Assembly: GCA_025757645.1 (NCBI GenBank)
Contig: CP107216.1
Location: 1,215,080-1,279,079 of the forward strand
Reading direction: 5' to 3'
DNA length: 64,000 nt
Source of the DNA: Clostridiales bacterium
Lineage (GTDB): Bacteria; Bacillota; Clostridia; Oscillospirales; Oscillospiraceae
Below are positions 62,889 to 64,000 of the stretch, one piece after another. Each line of letters starts with the position of its first letter. The stretch's first letter is position 1. Under the pieces are notes generated by a model that did not search any database, was not told where the DNA came from, and saw nothing but the letters and a program-made list of their open reading frames with translations. The position numbers and the translations under genes were made by a program.

Positions 62889-62911
62889 TGGTGGAAATAT
62901 GCGTTTTGGCC

Positions 62912-64000
62912 TTATTCGGTCCGCAGGGCGACGACCGGGTCTTTTTTCGCTGCCATGCCCGACGGGATGAGGCCCGCGATGAACGTCAGCGCCATGCTGA
63001 TGAGGATCAGCAAGATCGCGCCGAGCACCGGCAAAATGGCGCTCAGGGTCGGCAGGCCGGTCAGATGGTGCACGATGAGGTTGATGGGGATCAGCAAAAT
63101 CAGTGTACACAGGATGCCCATCACGCCGGCTGTGAAGCCCTCAATGAGCGTCTCGGCGTTGAACACGCGCGAAATGTCCTGCTTGCTCGCGCCGATGGAG
63201 CGCAGGATGCCGATCTCCTTCGTGCGCTCGAGCACGGAGATATAGGTGATGATGCCGATCATGATCGACGACACGACAAGCGAGATGGCCACGAAGCCAA
63301 TGAGCACGTAGCTGATGGCGTTGATGATCGTCGTGATGCTGCTCATGAGTAGGCCGACATAGTCGGTGTAGCTGATCTGATCGTTCTCGGCGGCGTCGGC
63401 GTTGTAGTCGTCGATGCACGCGGAGATCTGATCCTTGTTCTCAAAGCTCGAGGCGTAGATGTTGATGGCGCTGGGGGAGTCCTTATCGACGTAGCCGAGC
63501 TTTTTCAGGTTGTTGTTGTAGGTCGAACCGCTGGCCGACGAGGCGACGTAGTTGTCGTACACATCCGCATACTGGCTGCTGCTGATGCCTTTGGCACTGA
63601 TGGCGGAGATGACTTCCTGCGAGGTCATGCCGCTGTAGGCCTTGACGGTCTCCTGCTGCATCTGCATGGAGAGGATCGCGCGCATATACGGCCGGAAGAA
63701 GCGGATAAACGTCTCGTCGTCCATGACGTCGATCATTTCCTTCATCTGCTGCGCTGTTTTGCCGCTGGCCTCAAAGACGCCGTTGTCGGCCATCTCTTTG
63801 GCGTCGTCGCGGGTGAAGGTCTCCATGGTCTGCGTGAGCGCGGCGTCAAGCGTGGTGTCGTCCGGCGCGGTCATGCACTTGCGGTAGACGGTTGCGCGGT
63901 CGTCCACGCTCAGCTTGTTGAGATAGGCCTGCGCGGCGGCAACTTTCTGGTCGGTCGTGGCGGTCGCGGCGTTCGGGAACGCAGAGCCGGTGAACACGTC
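62912..64000 (-). CDS. ABC transporter permease, FtsX/MacB-like (C-terminal part; the N-terminus is outside the window)
   Basis: The reading frame is open to the window edge. The C-terminal FtsX domain reads ERTKEIGILRSIGASKQDISRVFNAETL, followed by 3 TM segments. Confidence 0.8.
   Translation of the reverse strand, partial: DVFTGSAFPNAATATTDQKVAAAQAYLNKLSVDDRATVYRKCMTAPDDTTLDAALTQTMETFTRDDAKEMADNGVFEASGKTAQQMKEMIDVMDDETFIRFFRPYMRAILSMQMQQETVKAYSGMTSQEVISAISAKGISSSQYADVYDNYVASSASGSTYNNNLKKLGYVDKDSPSAINIYASSFENKDQISACIDDYNADAAENDQISYTDYVGLLMSSITTIINAISYVLIGFVAISLVVSSIMIGIITYISVLERTKEIGILRSIGASKQDISRVFNAETLIEGFTAGVMGILCTLILLIPINLIVHHLTGLPTLSAILPVLGAILLILISMALTFIAGLIPSGMAAKKDPVVALRTE

Overview
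This is a visibly GC-rich, Clostridia-like Firmicutes chromosomal core segment. The lineage call rests on PolC, several SLH-anchored surface proteins, a T-box, a CIRCE element and sigma-A type promoters. I saw no rRNA, CRISPR array, transposase or integrase.

Gene order:
- polC 3' end
- 961-aa SLH surface protein
- cytidylate-kinase-like protein
- GIY-YIG protein (-)
- polar amino-acid ABC transporter (SBP, permease, ATPase)
- rlmA-like methyltransferase
- CIRCE and hsp20
- DMT transporter
- cbiM(PDGLE)-cbiQ-cbiO ECF metal transporter
- DMT transporter
- orphan promoter/terminator unit (candidate sRNA, -)
- divergent four-gene corrinoid methyl-transfer cluster
- purine riboswitch, ade and a purine permease
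- tRNA-Leu(GAG) (-)
- GT-C membrane protein (-)
- rpoB-rpoC
- rpsL-rpsG-fusA-tuf
- SLH protein
- DUF4830 (-)
- rsuA-like pseudouridine synthase
- CdaR/PucR regulator
- ftsE, ftsX, M23 peptidase and S41 protease
- greA-lysS
- PI-PLC (-)
- SNF transporter
- ANTAR-pyrG-purB-purA operon (-)
- attenuator, glnA (type III), T-box(Asn), asnB and a PAT-like GNAT
- SLH protein (-)
- FtsX-like ABC permease (-, partial)

Most noteworthy:
- The corrinoid cluster pairs a CmuA-like methyltransferase/B12-binding fusion with a stand-alone homocysteine S-methyltransferase domain protein, a RACo-like activator and a DUF2284 protein. No pterin-binding methyltransferase is present. This may be a folate-bypassing methyl-donor-to-methionine route.
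- Leader terminators sit on both sides of the ANTAR gene.
- A T-box lies inside the glnA-asnB unit.
- A purine riboswitch variant has an enlarged L2 loop.
- Four TGAATATTCA palindromes lie upstream of the ABC transporter promoter.
- An orphan promoter-to-terminator unit looks like an sRNA.
- An SLH surface protein carries six tandem Cys-rich modules.

All product calls rest on motif recognition from the supplied translations. No database search or folding program was run. Start codons were chosen from SD spacing. The many long ORFs antisense to real genes are treated as GC-composition artefacts.
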